A stretch of DNA of 24,000 nucleotides from Methylocaldum marinum (GCF_003584645.1 NZ_AP017928.1:64981-88980), one strand, 5' to 3'. Positions 1-8,690 are shown, counted from the first letter of the stretch. Translations and numbers: made by a program. The notes: generated by a model not told the origin, from the sequence alone.

Positions 1-2
1 CC

Positions 3-1265
3 CTGACCGGCGTGACCGGCGTGCTGAGTTACGGCTTCGGTGCTTACCGCCTGCTGCCTACGGCGGAACCTTCGTTCGTGGCCGACAATCCGCGCCCGGC
101 AGCGCCGCCGGCCTTGCCGGGCATCGGCTCGCTGCGGGTCGCCAGCTTCAACGTGTTGAACTACTTTAACGGCGACGGGTTCGGCGGCGGATTCCCGACC
201 GCCCGCGGCGCCGAAGACCCGGCCGAGTTCTCCCGCCAGAAGGACAAGATCGTTCCCGCCATACACGGCCTGAACGCCGACGTGATCGGCCTCATGGAAA
301 TCGAAAACGACGACGACGCTTATCCGGCGATCCGGGATCTGGTGGACAGCCTCAATCTTCATGCCGGCTCCAGTCAATACGCTTACGTTAACACCGGGAT
401 CGTCGGCACCGACGAGATCCGCGTGGCGCTGATCTACAAGCCGGCCAAGGTGACTCCGGTCGGTTCGTTCGCGATTTTGGATTCTTCGGTCGACCCGGAC
501 TTCAGCGACACCAAGAACCGGCCGGCCCTGGCCCAGGCCTTTCTGGACAAGCACTCCAACAAAATACTGACGGTCGCGGTGAATCATCTGAAGTCGAAAG
601 GTTCGGACTGCAATGACGTGGGCGATCCGGATCAGGGCGACGAGCAGGGCAACTGCAACCTGACCCGCACCAAGGCCGCGCAGGCCCTGGCAGCGTGGCT
701 AGCGGCCGATCCCACCGCGAGCGGCGCTTCCGAAATCCTGGTCATCGGCGATCTGAACGCCTATGCCAAGGAGGATCCGATTCAGACCCTGGAGCAAAAC
801 GGGTTTGTCGATTTGGTCCGGCTCTTCGGAGGCGAAGACGCCTACTCCTACGTGTTCGACGGCGAAGCGGGCTACCTGGATCACGCCTTGTCCGGTCCGG
901 CGCTTACCCATCAGGTCAAGGGTGTCGCAGAGTGGCATATCAACGCGGATGAGCCGGTTGCGCTGGACTACAACACCAACTTCAAGAGCGCGGGGCAGAT
1001 CACGAGTTTCTACAGTGCCGATCCGTACCGGTCCTCGGACCACGATCCCGTCATCGTGGAAGTGCTGGTGCCGGGCGACTTGGACAAAGACGGCGACGTC
1101 GACACGGCCGATTTCACCCGTTTCCGCTCGGCCCTGGGCAAGTGTCCGGGCAGTGCCGGCTATCTTGCCGAAGCCAATTACGACGGCGTCGGCTGCGTAA
1201 GCTACGCCGACTACCAGCGCTGGTACGCCCACTACAGTGCGTTTCGCGCCAAGGTGGGCCTGTAG
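3..1265 (+). CDS. ExeM/NucH-type extracellular endonuclease, C-terminal part (endonuclease/exonuclease/phosphatase fold plus a dockerin/EF-hand-like DKDGDVD tail). The 5' end lies outside the window.
   Basis: The frame is open from the window edge. Motifs LRVASFNVLNYF, GLMEIEND, NHLKSKG, VIGDLNAY and SDHDPV are typical of EEP nucleases. Stop TAG at 1263-1265. Confidence 0.8.
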   Translation: MTGVTGVLSYGFGAYRLLPTAEPSFVADNPRPAAPPALPGIGSLRVASFNVLNYFNGDGFGGGFPTARGAEDPAEFSRQKDKIVPAIHGLNADVIGLMEIENDDDAYPAIRDLVDSLNLHAGSSQYAYVNTGIVGTDEIRVALIYKPAKVTPVGSFAILDSSVDPDFSDTKNRPALAQAFLDKHSNKILTVAVNHLKSKGSDCNDVGDPDQGDEQGNCNLTRTKAAQALAAWLAADPTASGASEILVIGDLNAYAKEDPIQTLEQNGFVDLVRLFGGEDAYSYVFDGEAGYLDHALSGPALTHQVKGVAEWHINADEPVALDYNTNFKSAGQITSFYSADPYRSSDHDPVIVEVLVPGDLDKDGDVDTADFTRFRSALGKCPGSAGYLAEANYDGVGCVSYADYQRWYAHYSAFRAKVGL

Positions 1266-1326
1266 AAATCGCCATTCGGCCGCTTCGCGGGGACGAGGCG
1301 GCCCAGCTCGTTATCGGAGATAAATT

Positions 1327-1926
1327 ATGCCGACTTTGAAAGCCCACTCGGCGGTCGCCGTTCTCTGGCTATTGACCACCGCTCCGTGTCATTCCGCCGT
1401 GCTGTCGCTCGATCCGGTCGACGCTGCGCCGATACGGGCGGGCGATACCTTCAGCATCGATCTGATCCTGACCGAGGCCTTCGCCGGCTTGAACGCCGGC
1501 GACGAATTGCTCGCCTTCGGATTCGAAACCGCGTTCGAGAGCTCGGCCGCGAAACTGACCGGTGTGACTTACGCGTCGTCGTTCGGCGATGATGCCGCCT
1601 TACTCGGCCTGGATCTGGCCGGTTCCGCTTTCCCCGGCATTCCCAACATCCCGGACAACCAGAGTGTGACGCTCGCGACCCTCGAGTTTTACGCGATACA
1701 CGCCGGCGCGTTCGGCTTGAGCCTATCGGGCGATCCGTCCGAACCCGATCAAGGCCTGTTTTTCGGCCTTCACGGCCCGTATGCGGCCAATGCCGCCTTG
1801 TCCGTCGACATTCAGCCGAGCGCGGTGCCCGTGCCCGCCGCCTTCTGGCTGTTCGCCAGCGGGCTCGCAGGACTGTCGGGCAGGCGCGTATGCCGGACCG
1901 ACCGCGGGAAAGACGCGGTAGGATAA
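1327..1926 (+). CDS. Secreted protein with a PEP-CTERM-type (VPVP variant) exosortase sorting signal
   Basis: N-terminal signal peptide (AVAVLWLLTTAPCHSAV). C-terminus VPVPAAFWLFASGLAGLSGRR gives motif, hydrophobic helix and basic cluster. Confidence 0.7.
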   Translation: MPTLKAHSAVAVLWLLTTAPCHSAVLSLDPVDAAPIRAGDTFSIDLILTEAFAGLNAGDELLAFGFETAFESSAAKLTGVTYASSFGDDAALLGLDLAGSAFPGIPNIPDNQSVTLATLEFYAIHAGAFGLSLSGDPSEPDQGLFFGLHGPYAANAALSVDIQPSAVPVPAAFWLFASGLAGLSGRRVCRTDRGKDAVG

Positions 1927-2094
1927 CCGCCGTTGCGGACCACTGCTGCCCAGGGCGGTCCCCGTAACAAGACTCATCTAGCCGGCGGTTTCCCCGCACC
2001 CGGCCCCGGCCGAGGTGGTATGCCGCCGGGGCCGGTGACGGTTCAAACACGCTATGCTATGGCGTGTTCCGAACCGTCACTGGCCCTACCGAAG

Positions 2095-2631
2095 ATGACC
2101 CCTTACATTTCCACATACCGCGGCAACCGCTTCTATCCCGCCGAGCCCAGGGTCGAAGACATCGACATCGAAGATATTGCCCATGGTCTGGCCTATACCT
2201 GCCGCTTCAACGGGCAAACCACGGCTTTTTATTCGGTTGCCCAGCATTCCCTGATCGTCTGCGAACTCGTGCCGGAAAGCCTGAAGCGCGAAGCCCTGCT
2301 GCACGATGCGGCGGAGGCCTATCTCGGCGACCTGGTCAAGCCTTTGAAGGCGCTGCTGCCGGAGTTCGTGGCCATCGAGCATCAGGTCATGGCGGCGATA
2401 GCCCGCGCCTTTGGTCTCGGCGATTGGATCCACCCCGACATCAAGCGCGCCGACCGCATCGCCCTGGCGACCGAGAAACGCGATTTGATGCCGTATTCGG
2501 TCGAGCCGTGGAGCGAACTGCAAGACGTCGAGCCTTTGAGCCAACCCTTGCGTCCCATGAGTCCGAAGCTGGCCAAGCAGGCATTTCTGGACACTTACGC
2601 TCGACTGTTCGAACATCGCGCGAGCGATTGA
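2095..2631 (+). CDS. HD-domain phosphohydrolase
   Basis: H...HD signature (AQHSLIV ... LLHDAAEAYLGDLVKPLK). I prefer the ATG at 2095 (MTPYISTYRG) over the track start at 1933, whose N-terminal extension is Gly/Pro/Arg-rich and overlaps the end of the upstream gene region. Confidence 0.7.
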   Translation: MTPYISTYRGNRFYPAEPRVEDIDIEDIAHGLAYTCRFNGQTTAFYSVAQHSLIVCELVPESLKREALLHDAAEAYLGDLVKPLKALLPEFVAIEHQVMAAIARAFGLGDWIHPDIKRADRIALATEKRDLMPYSVEPWSELQDVEPLSQPLRPMSPKLAKQAFLDTYARLFEHRASD

Positions 2632-2740
2632 TCCCGTCCTCGATGAGCTTCCGCTTAGATGCCGGACGGTTGACGACCGTCCAGGCCGTGTAGGCCGCCT
2701 ATACTTTTCGGAGTTGTAATGCCATCAGGACAGGCTCCGC

Positions 2741-2824
2741 GTAACCCGCCGACCCTTCGGCTTGGCTCAGGACAGGTCCGAGGTTGCTCGGCGGGTTACG
2801 GCCTTGCGGCCTAACCCGCCCTAC
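2741..2824. repeat. REP/BIME-like cluster: three copies of the 9-mer TAACCCGCC in alternating orientation, forming nested hairpins
   Basis: GTAACCCGCCGA (2741-2752) is the inverted repeat of TCGGCGGGTTAC (2788-2799). GGCGGGTTA (2790-2798) pairs with TAACCCGCC (2812-2820) around CGGCCTTGCGGCC. Confidence 0.6.
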
Positions 2825-2958
2825 GAAAATGAATTTCTGATCGAAAGCGATTTGGAACAATGGGTTTTGACGACCCGCGATGGGTTGTTGCCGGTTCCGC
2901 TCGGGTTGGGGGCGGGCGGAACCGGGATTGAACAGCAAGAAGTGGAAAGGAGAAGGTC

Positions 2959-4251
2959 TTGGATCGGGAGATGACACCGGAAGAAGCGGTTCTGTATCAC
3001 CTGGCCGCACGCTATCTGAGTCTTTTGTTGCCGCGCAACGTCCGCGACGCGTTGGAGCCGCGGTTTCGGAAGGCGGAAGCGGTTTTGGGCGCGTCGCCGG
3101 AACTCGTCGAGTGGAGCAAGAAAGTCCTGCTGAGTTCGCATTGGGACGGAGTCCTGACGTCCCCGGGCGGCCTGGAAGCGCATGCCGGCCTGTTGTCCAC
3201 CGCGCTTTATGAAAGTCGCAAGGTGTGGATCGAATACGAAGGCAAGGACGAGCGCGTCCAGTTCAATCCGTTCGGCCTGGTGCAGCGGGATCGGGCCTTG
3301 CTGGCGATCGGTTCTTATAATCAACAGGCCCACCCCTTCATGCTGGCCGTTCGCAAAATCCGGAACGTGCAGCTGACCGACGAGCCGGCGGTATCGCCGC
3401 CGCCTGATTTCGAGCTTCAAACCTTTGTTGATACGCAGCTCAATTTTCCGACGAGCGCCGGGATTTTCGACGATCTCCAGCTGGAATTCGCGGAAAGTGC
3501 CTATGACTATGTCCGGTCTCACCTCTTAGTTGCCGACGAGGTGACGCTCGATCCTCCGGGAGAGTATGCCTACCCGGGCTATTTCCGACTGCGGGCCTCG
3601 GGCGTCCGGGATAGCCTGCGCTTTCGGCAATGGCTCCTGGGCTTCGGCGACGCCGTCCGGGTGCTGAAGCCCGAAGTTCTGCGCCGGGAGGTCGGGCGGG
3701 CTCAGCTGGATGGGCGCACCAATCTGGTCAATGCCGCCGAATTCGAACGCCTGCTCCGGCGGGAAATCGCCCGCTGCCGGCGCGATATTTCGGCCCGTTT
3801 TTGCCTGCTGCTGCTCGATCTCGATCATTTCAAGAAGATCAACGACACCCATGGCCATTTGGCGGGTGATCGCGTGCTCGAACAGCTTGCACTGCAGATT
3901 CGCGCCTATGATGCCTCGCGCTACGGTGGCGAGGAATTTGCAATTCTTTTGCCGGGAGCGGATGTCGGAGCGGCGGTCGACATCGCCGAGCGAATACGTA
4001 CCCGAATTGCGGCGTGGCCCTGGGAGAACGCGCTGGACCTGCCGATCGCGGTCACGGTCAGCATCGGGATTGCCGAATTCCCCGGCACTTTCGCGAAGCA
4101 GGCCGAGTTCATGCAGGGCGATACACCGGACGGGGATTGCCTGGCCGGTCTTGCGAAGTCGGTCAAAGCCGCGGCGGACCGAGCCCTTTATCAGGCGAAG
4201 CGAAACGGGCGGAATCGGGTTGCGAGTTTTTCGGATGCGGAGGATGTTTGA
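2959..4251 (+). CDS. WYL-domain / GGDEF-domain fusion protein (putative ligand-sensing diguanylate cyclase) with no recognisable N-terminal HTH
   Basis: TTG start 5 nt after AAAGGAGAAGG. WYL-like block VWIEYEGKDERVQFNPFGLVQRDRALLAIGSYNQ...AVRKIRNV. C-terminal GGDEF domain DLDHFKKINDTHGHLAGD ... RYGGEEFAILLPG (GGEEF at 3925-3939) ... ALYQAKRNGRNRV. Confidence 0.8.
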   Translation: MDREMTPEEAVLYHLAARYLSLLLPRNVRDALEPRFRKAEAVLGASPELVEWSKKVLLSSHWDGVLTSPGGLEAHAGLLSTALYESRKVWIEYEGKDERVQFNPFGLVQRDRALLAIGSYNQQAHPFMLAVRKIRNVQLTDEPAVSPPPDFELQTFVDTQLNFPTSAGIFDDLQLEFAESAYDYVRSHLLVADEVTLDPPGEYAYPGYFRLRASGVRDSLRFRQWLLGFGDAVRVLKPEVLRREVGRAQLDGRTNLVNAAEFERLLRREIARCRRDISARFCLLLLDLDHFKKINDTHGHLAGDRVLEQLALQIRAYDASRYGGEEFAILLPGADVGAAVDIAERIRTRIAAWPWENALDLPIAVTVSIGIAEFPGTFAKQAEFMQGDTPDGDCLAGLAKSVKAAADRALYQAKRNGRNRVASFSDAEDV

Positions 4252-4317
4252 TCGCGACAGGAATTTCGCGGGCCGAGGCCGTAATGCAAGTCGTCGCTGT
4301 TCGTCCGCGTGACTTCA

Positions 4318-4890
4318 TCAGGGCGCCCGTTGCTCGGCAAAATCGACGATCGCATCCAAAAAATCGGAGAAATGCCGAAAGCTGTGATCCCCGCCGTCGA
4401 TGACCGTCTGACGAGCGCCGGCGTATTTCCGGACCGCCTGGCGATAGTCCAATACTTCATCCCCGGTTTCCACCAGCAGCCAGAAGTGTTCGGGCCGTGC
4501 GATCCGCGGAACATCCAATTGTTCCAGTTCGGCAAGGTGTCGGGACGTGAATTCAAAAGTCTCGCCCGTGTAGAGATTGGTCTGGGGTCCCACGAACGGC
4601 GCCAGCGTCTCATAGGCGACCGCCGCAGGGTTGATCAACGCGGCCCGGAGGTCGTGTTTCTCCGCGAGATAGGTCGCGTAGTAGCCACCCAGCGAGCTGC
4701 CCACCAGGGTCGGGACCGTCCGGGATTGCGACAGCACCGCTTCGATCGCTTCGATGGCTTGTCGCGGACCGACCGGCAATTGTTCGCACCAGAACCGATC
4801 CGCCATGCCGCGCTCGGCCATGTGCCGTGCAAGGAGACGCGCCTTTGCGGACGCCGGTGAAGAGCGAAATCCGTGTAGATAGATGATCAT
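4318..4890 (-). CDS. yqiA: YqiA/YcfP-family alpha/beta esterase
   Basis: MIIYLHGFRSSP N-terminus, GSSLGG nucleophile elbow, C-terminal GGDHSF. Length is ~190 aa, as in YqiA. Confidence 0.8.
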   Translation of the reverse strand: MIIYLHGFRSSPASAKARLLARHMAERGMADRFWCEQLPVGPRQAIEAIEAVLSQSRTVPTLVGSSLGGYYATYLAEKHDLRAALINPAAVAYETLAPFVGPQTNLYTGETFEFTSRHLAELEQLDVPRIARPEHFWLLVETGDEVLDYRQAVRKYAGARQTVIDGGDHSFRHFSDFLDAIVDFAEQRAP

Positions 4891-5097
4891 GAAAGCTCCG
4901 TCGGGACAGCTTGTGCAATTCGAAACCGGTAACTACTGTTTCCGGGAAAATGGCATTTGGCATTACTTTACGGCATTGTCCGGCTTTCCACGAAGGCGTT
5001 CCGGATCGCTCTTGTTTCTTCGGGCGATGAATGCGCCGATTCGTAAGCACGGTTCGTCGGCTTGTGGTGTGAGCATATCCGTCGCTTTGGAGGCTGC

Positions 5098-5730
5098 TCA
5101 GCCGTCGGCTTCCCTGGCATCCCGAGCGAGCAAGGCCCGCAGCGCCGCCTTCGGGGCGTCGCGGAGCGGCACGCCGTGGTCGAAGCAGATCACCGCGAAA
5201 TCCAGCGCGAGTAAGTTCCGCACGCTTTGCCGGGTCAGGGCCGGGTTTTCGTGATAGGCGGCCGGTACGAACGCCAGAGGTTCGCCTTCCGCGTGGGCTA
5301 AAAGATCCGGACAAAACAGAATCCCGCGCGGCTGCGGCAACAGGAAGGCGTAATGCGCGGCTTCCGGCCCCGGCGTATGAATCGCCTGAAGCCCTCCCGG
5401 CAGAACATCGCCCGCCCGGTAGCGAATATCCGGTTCTTCCGCCATCGGCCGCGTGTCGACGGGGGCGTACACCTTTACTCCGAACTGGCGCCGGTAATGC
5501 CAGGCAGCCCGCTGGTGGCAGGCGGCGGTCAGGCAAATCGCTGCCGCCGGACCCAGCCGTTCGAGGGCTGCTGTTTCGAGCCTTAACGGATCGATCAGAA
5601 CGATACCGTTGCCGCACGCGATGGCATGCGCGTCGCTTTCGTAGCCGATACGATCGTCCTCTACGGACCAGCGCCACACTCCGGGCGCTACGGCCTCGAT
5701 TTCAGAGGCAATGGTTTTCGGTTCGGACAC
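5098..5730 (-). CDS. Metallo-beta-lactamase-fold-like protein (the canonical HxHxDH motif is not evident)
   Basis: Overall pattern GIVLIDPL ... IHTPGPEAAHYAF ... CFDHG. I place the start at the GTG at 5730, preceded by AAAGGAGG. The track start at 5805 adds a Pro-rich extension. Confidence 0.5.
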   Translation of the reverse strand: MSEPKTIASEIEAVAPGVWRWSVEDDRIGYESDAHAIACGNGIVLIDPLRLETAALERLGPAAAICLTAACHQRAAWHYRRQFGVKVYAPVDTRPMAEEPDIRYRAGDVLPGGLQAIHTPGPEAAHYAFLLPQPRGILFCPDLLAHAEGEPLAFVPAAYHENPALTRQSVRNLLALDFAVICFDHGVPLRDAPKAALRALLARDAREADG

Positions 5731-6007
5731 GAGACCTCCTTTAGGCACAGGCCTTTCTCGAAGAGGGTGTGCGGGAAGCGGCGGTGCCGGTGAAGCCGTC
5801 GGCAAAGGATTGCCGACCGTGCCGCTGTAGATCGCGAATCCTTTCGCGACATTACGCCGCTCGGCCGGCGGTTTGCGTCTTGATTTCCAAGACGGTATCT
5901 ACGCCGCGATCGGTTGTCATTCCGGACCAGACGCTTCCCACACACTTAGACTCCGGTTTCGTCCGTGTGCTCTGCTTGACACTCGATTTCTGGCGAGGCC
6001 GTGAATC

Positions 6008-6964
6008 CTAGAGGTCCAGGCGAAACATACGGACATCTTCCCGCTCGGCGCGTTTCACCGCATCCTTCTGCCGTTTTTCGCCGCCGATGATTTCCGGCAG
6101 ATCGTTCACGGCGGTGAAGCAGAATCGCCGCGGCAAAGCGGTGTAGAGCGAGCGGGGCGGTTCCCCGCAGCGCTTGAACAAGCGCCCGCTGTCGTGGCTG
6201 TGATACCAGATGCGATGCAAGCCGAATACCTCGACGATCAGCCATAGGGCCGCGGTCAGCGCGGCGTCGTCCCAGTAGCGGCGGTGAAAGGCCAGCCGTT
6301 CCTCGTAGTAACGGACCACGTCCTGCCAGCGTCCGCCGATGAGGCGGAACAGTCGAGGACGTTTTTCCACCGGCCTGGTCAGCCACTGCCGGGCGCGGGC
6401 GGCGGCCCAGCGGGCGTTGCCTATCCAGTCACTCTGCACCTCCTCGATCAGAGCCTCGCCCCGGGTCCAATCCAGGTCCAGCCGTACCCAGGCCAAGGTT
6501 TCGCGCACGCTCGAAATCGGATGGCCGACATATTCGAAGGGGCCTGCACCGGTTTGTCCCCGGGGCCGGACGAGGCGGCGATAGTGTCGTACATGGTCGG
6601 CGGAGAAGTCGAGTCGCAGCACCAGATTGATGCCCCGGCGGGATGTTTGAGCCCATCGGAATCGATCACGCTCGCCGCTCCAGGTTCCGATGGACAGCCG
6701 AAAATGCTCGACTGTCGGAGACCAGTCCAGGTAGCGGACGGTCTCGGCAGAGAGCTTGCCGTCGCCGTGATGCGCCAGCAGGGCCTTGATATTCGGCTTG
6801 TGTAGCAGCCCCGCGAAAGGACCGCCGCGCAGTTCGGCGATGCGAGGGCCGCGCGCTGCCGCGTGGCCGAGCAGGAATACGCCGTAGCGGTCCGGGTAGT
6901 AATAGAAATAAGACGATTCGTTGCTCAGGCAGGCGATCAGTTCCTGAGCGAGTAGCATTTCCAT
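6008..6964 (-). CDS. Hypothetical protein downstream of rtcB paralogue 1. No family recognised.
   Basis: Long ORF with protein-like composition from MEMLLAQELIACL. The upstream part of the track ORF (to 7171) is low-complexity. Start at 6964 or 6958 is uncertain. Confidence 0.55.
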   Translation of the reverse strand: MEMLLAQELIACLSNESSYFYYYPDRYGVFLLGHAAARGPRIAELRGGPFAGLLHKPNIKALLAHHGDGKLSAETVRYLDWSPTVEHFRLSIGTWSGERDRFRWAQTSRRGINLVLRLDFSADHVRHYRRLVRPRGQTGAGPFEYVGHPISSVRETLAWVRLDLDWTRGEALIEEVQSDWIGNARWAAARARQWLTRPVEKRPRLFRLIGGRWQDVVRYYEERLAFHRRYWDDAALTAALWLIVEVFGLHRIWYHSHDSGRLFKRCGEPPRSLYTALPRRFCFTAVNDLPEIIGGEKRQKDAVKRAEREDVRMFRLDL

Positions 6965-7235
6965 GATGAAGTCCTGTGTGTTCGGGTTCGTCTTCGGCGG
7001 ATGTAGCCCCGGGTCGAAATTCGCCTTGCGGCGGGTTGCGACAGCGAATGAATCGGCACACTCATGGTTAGTCTCCTGGTTGGTTGTGTTGGCAAAGCCG
7101 GGCGGAAAGTCGTTTCGCCTCGGCTTTCGTATCATCGAATGGTTGGAGGAACGTGCCGCGTCGATGTCCACCGCCGACGTTTCGGAGGCAGGACAGCCGA
7201 CACGGCGTTCGCTGCTGAAACGGAAAACGAGCCTT

Positions 7236-8444
7236 TCAGCCTTTCACGCACACGACCTGCTTCAAGGTATGCACCACGTCCACCAGGTCGGTCTGGCGTT
7301 CCATCACCCGGTCGATGTCCTTGTAGGCTCCCGGAATTTCGTCCACCACGGCTTTGTCCTTGCGGCACTCGACGCCTTCCGTCTGCTGCGCCAGGTCGTG
7401 GCGATTGAAGCGGCGCTTGGCCTCGCTGCGGCTCATGCGCCGTCCCGCGCCGTGGGAGCAGGAGCAGAACGACGCCGAATTGCCCTTGCCGCGTACGACA
7501 TAGCTCTTGGCGCCCATACTGCCGGGGATGATGCCCAGTTCGCCGTCCCGTGCCGAGATGGCGCCCTTGCGGGTGATGAACAGTGCTTCGCCGAGGTGGG
7601 TTTCACGCGCCACGTAGTTGTGATGGCAATTGATGGCCTCGCCCTCGGTGCGAAACGGCGGCAGATGAGGCCGGATCGCTTCCAGGATCAGATCCAGCAT
7701 CATGCGGCGGTTCAGCAGGGCATAATCCTGAGCCCATTCCACGGCTTCCCAGTAGTCGTCGAACAGGGGCGAGCCGTCGGCGAACCAGGCCAAATCCTTG
7801 TCGGGCAGCCGAGTATGTTCCTTTTCCGCCAGCTTGCGCGCCGCCGCGATGAAATACCGGCCCATGCAGTTGCCGATGCCGCGCGATCCCGAATGCAGCA
7901 TCACCCATACTCGCGAGGCCTCGTCCAGGCACAGTTCGATGAAGTGGTTGCCGCCGCCGAGGGTACCCAGTTGGGAAACCCAGGTGCGGACGAACTGGCG
8001 CTGCATCTTCATCAGCCCCGGATGCTTGCCGACGATGCGGTCGAGCCGGTCCGTCAGCGGGCGAGCCAGGCGGGCATGGGCCGAACCCTGGATCTTGTCG
8101 TAGGGGTGCTGTTCGAACCCCACCGGTACCGCGGCTTCGATGGCGCTGCGCAGACGGGCGAGGCCGTCAGGCAGATGCTCGGCGGAAAGGCTCAAGCGCA
8201 CTGCGTTCATGCCGCAGCCGATGTCCACCCCCACTGCCGCGGGGATAATGGCGGCCCGGGTGGGAATGACGCTGCCCACCGTCGCGCCGATGCCGGCATG
8301 CACATCCGGCATGGCCGCCACATGCCCGTGGACGATGGGCAGTTGGGCCACATTGAGAAGTTGTTGCAAGGCGGCCGGCTCGATATCGTCGGTCCACACC
8401 ATGACCGGTACTCGCCCTTTGTTATATCTCTGTTGAATAGGCAT
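7236..8444 (-). CDS. rtcB: RtcB-family RNA 3'-phosphate/2',3'-cyclic-phosphate ligase, paralogue 1 (not in the rtc operon)
   Basis: MPDVHAGIGATVGSVIPT, GVDIGCGM, HSGSRGIG, GELGIIPGSMGA, FCSCSHGAGR and the C-terminal HTLKQVVCVKG. The ATG at 8444 gives an N-terminus of the same length as E. coli RtcB. Confidence 0.9.
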   Translation of the reverse strand: MPIQQRYNKGRVPVMVWTDDIEPAALQQLLNVAQLPIVHGHVAAMPDVHAGIGATVGSVIPTRAAIIPAAVGVDIGCGMNAVRLSLSAEHLPDGLARLRSAIEAAVPVGFEQHPYDKIQGSAHARLARPLTDRLDRIVGKHPGLMKMQRQFVRTWVSQLGTLGGGNHFIELCLDEASRVWVMLHSGSRGIGNCMGRYFIAAARKLAEKEHTRLPDKDLAWFADGSPLFDDYWEAVEWAQDYALLNRRMMLDLILEAIRPHLPPFRTEGEAINCHHNYVARETHLGEALFITRKGAISARDGELGIIPGSMGAKSYVVRGKGNSASFCSCSHGAGRRMSRSEAKRRFNRHDLAQQTEGVECRKDKAVVDEIPGAYKDIDRVMERQTDLVDVVHTLKQVVCVKG

Positions 8445-8487
8445 AAATCGAAATCTCTGAATGAAAGTCGGGCATGCGGCGGCCAAT

Positions 8488-8520
8488 AAAAAACCCCTGG
8501 CGAGTGCAACTCGCCAGGGG
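8488..8520 (-). terminator. Intrinsic terminator between the mini-ORF and rtcB paralogue 1 (candidate attenuator)
   Basis: Minus-strand RNA reads CCCCUGGCGAG-UUGC-ACUCGCCAGGGG followed by UUUUUU. The stem is 11 bp and G+C-rich. It also reads as hairpin + TTTT on the plus strand. Confidence 0.8.
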
Positions 8521-8534
8521 TTTTGGGAACCTCA

Positions 8535-8577
8535 GGCCAGTGCCCGGAATACCGGCACCGGCCACGAGACCGTGACC
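8535..8577 (-). promoter_or_regulatory. Two overlapping, mutually exclusive leader helices directly after the mini-ORF stop
   Basis: GGUCACG-GUCU-CGUGGCC (8577-8560) and GGCCGGUGCCGG-UAUU-CCGGGCACUGGCC (8563-8535) share the GGCC at 8560-8563. Confidence 0.5.
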
Positions 8578-8625
8578 TTAGCCGGTGGTGATCGTGATCG
8601 ACAGAAAGGACTTGGGTACGGACAT
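8578..8625 (-). CDS. Candidate leader peptide MSVPKSFLSITITTG (15 codons, Ile/Thr-rich C-terminal half)
   Basis: AGGAG-N8-ATG. Codons are AUG UCC GUA CCC AAG UCC UUU CUG UCG AUC ACG AUC ACC ACC GGC UAA. It lies between a strong promoter and a terminator. Confidence 0.5.
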   Translation of the reverse strand: MSVPKSFLSITITTG

Positions 8626-8690
8626 CGTTCGAGCTCCTGTATCGGATGAGGGGGGAATAAACCCCGGTTGGAAGAAACGCTGTGGGTGGT

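Noticed and set aside
4943-4962. Sigma54-like TGGCAT-N-TGGCAT sequence (aaaatggcatttggcattac)
   Set aside because: It lacks the -12 TTGC element at the right spacing, and no plus-strand gene follows it.
5798-5847. Two perfect small hairpins (GTCGGCAA-AGGA-TTGCCGAC and TCGCGAA-TCC-TTTCGCGA). The second superficially resembles fused Y-RNA cores.
   Set aside because: Neither has a U-tract, and they sit in an ordinary intergenic region between the hypothetical gene and the MBL-like gene. The resemblance to the GCGAAT/CTTGTCGC cores is short enough to be chance.
6963-8489. 508-aa plus-strand ORF
   Set aside because: It is antisense to an unmistakable RtcB coding sequence, has Ala/Arg/Gly-rich shadow-frame composition typical of high-G+C DNA, and shows no motifs.
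8578-8625. Calling the mini-ORF thrL (the genuine threonine-operon leader)
   Set aside because: No thrA/B/C follows it; the downstream gene is rtcB. The similarity is limited to the ITITTG tail, so it is treated only as an analogy.
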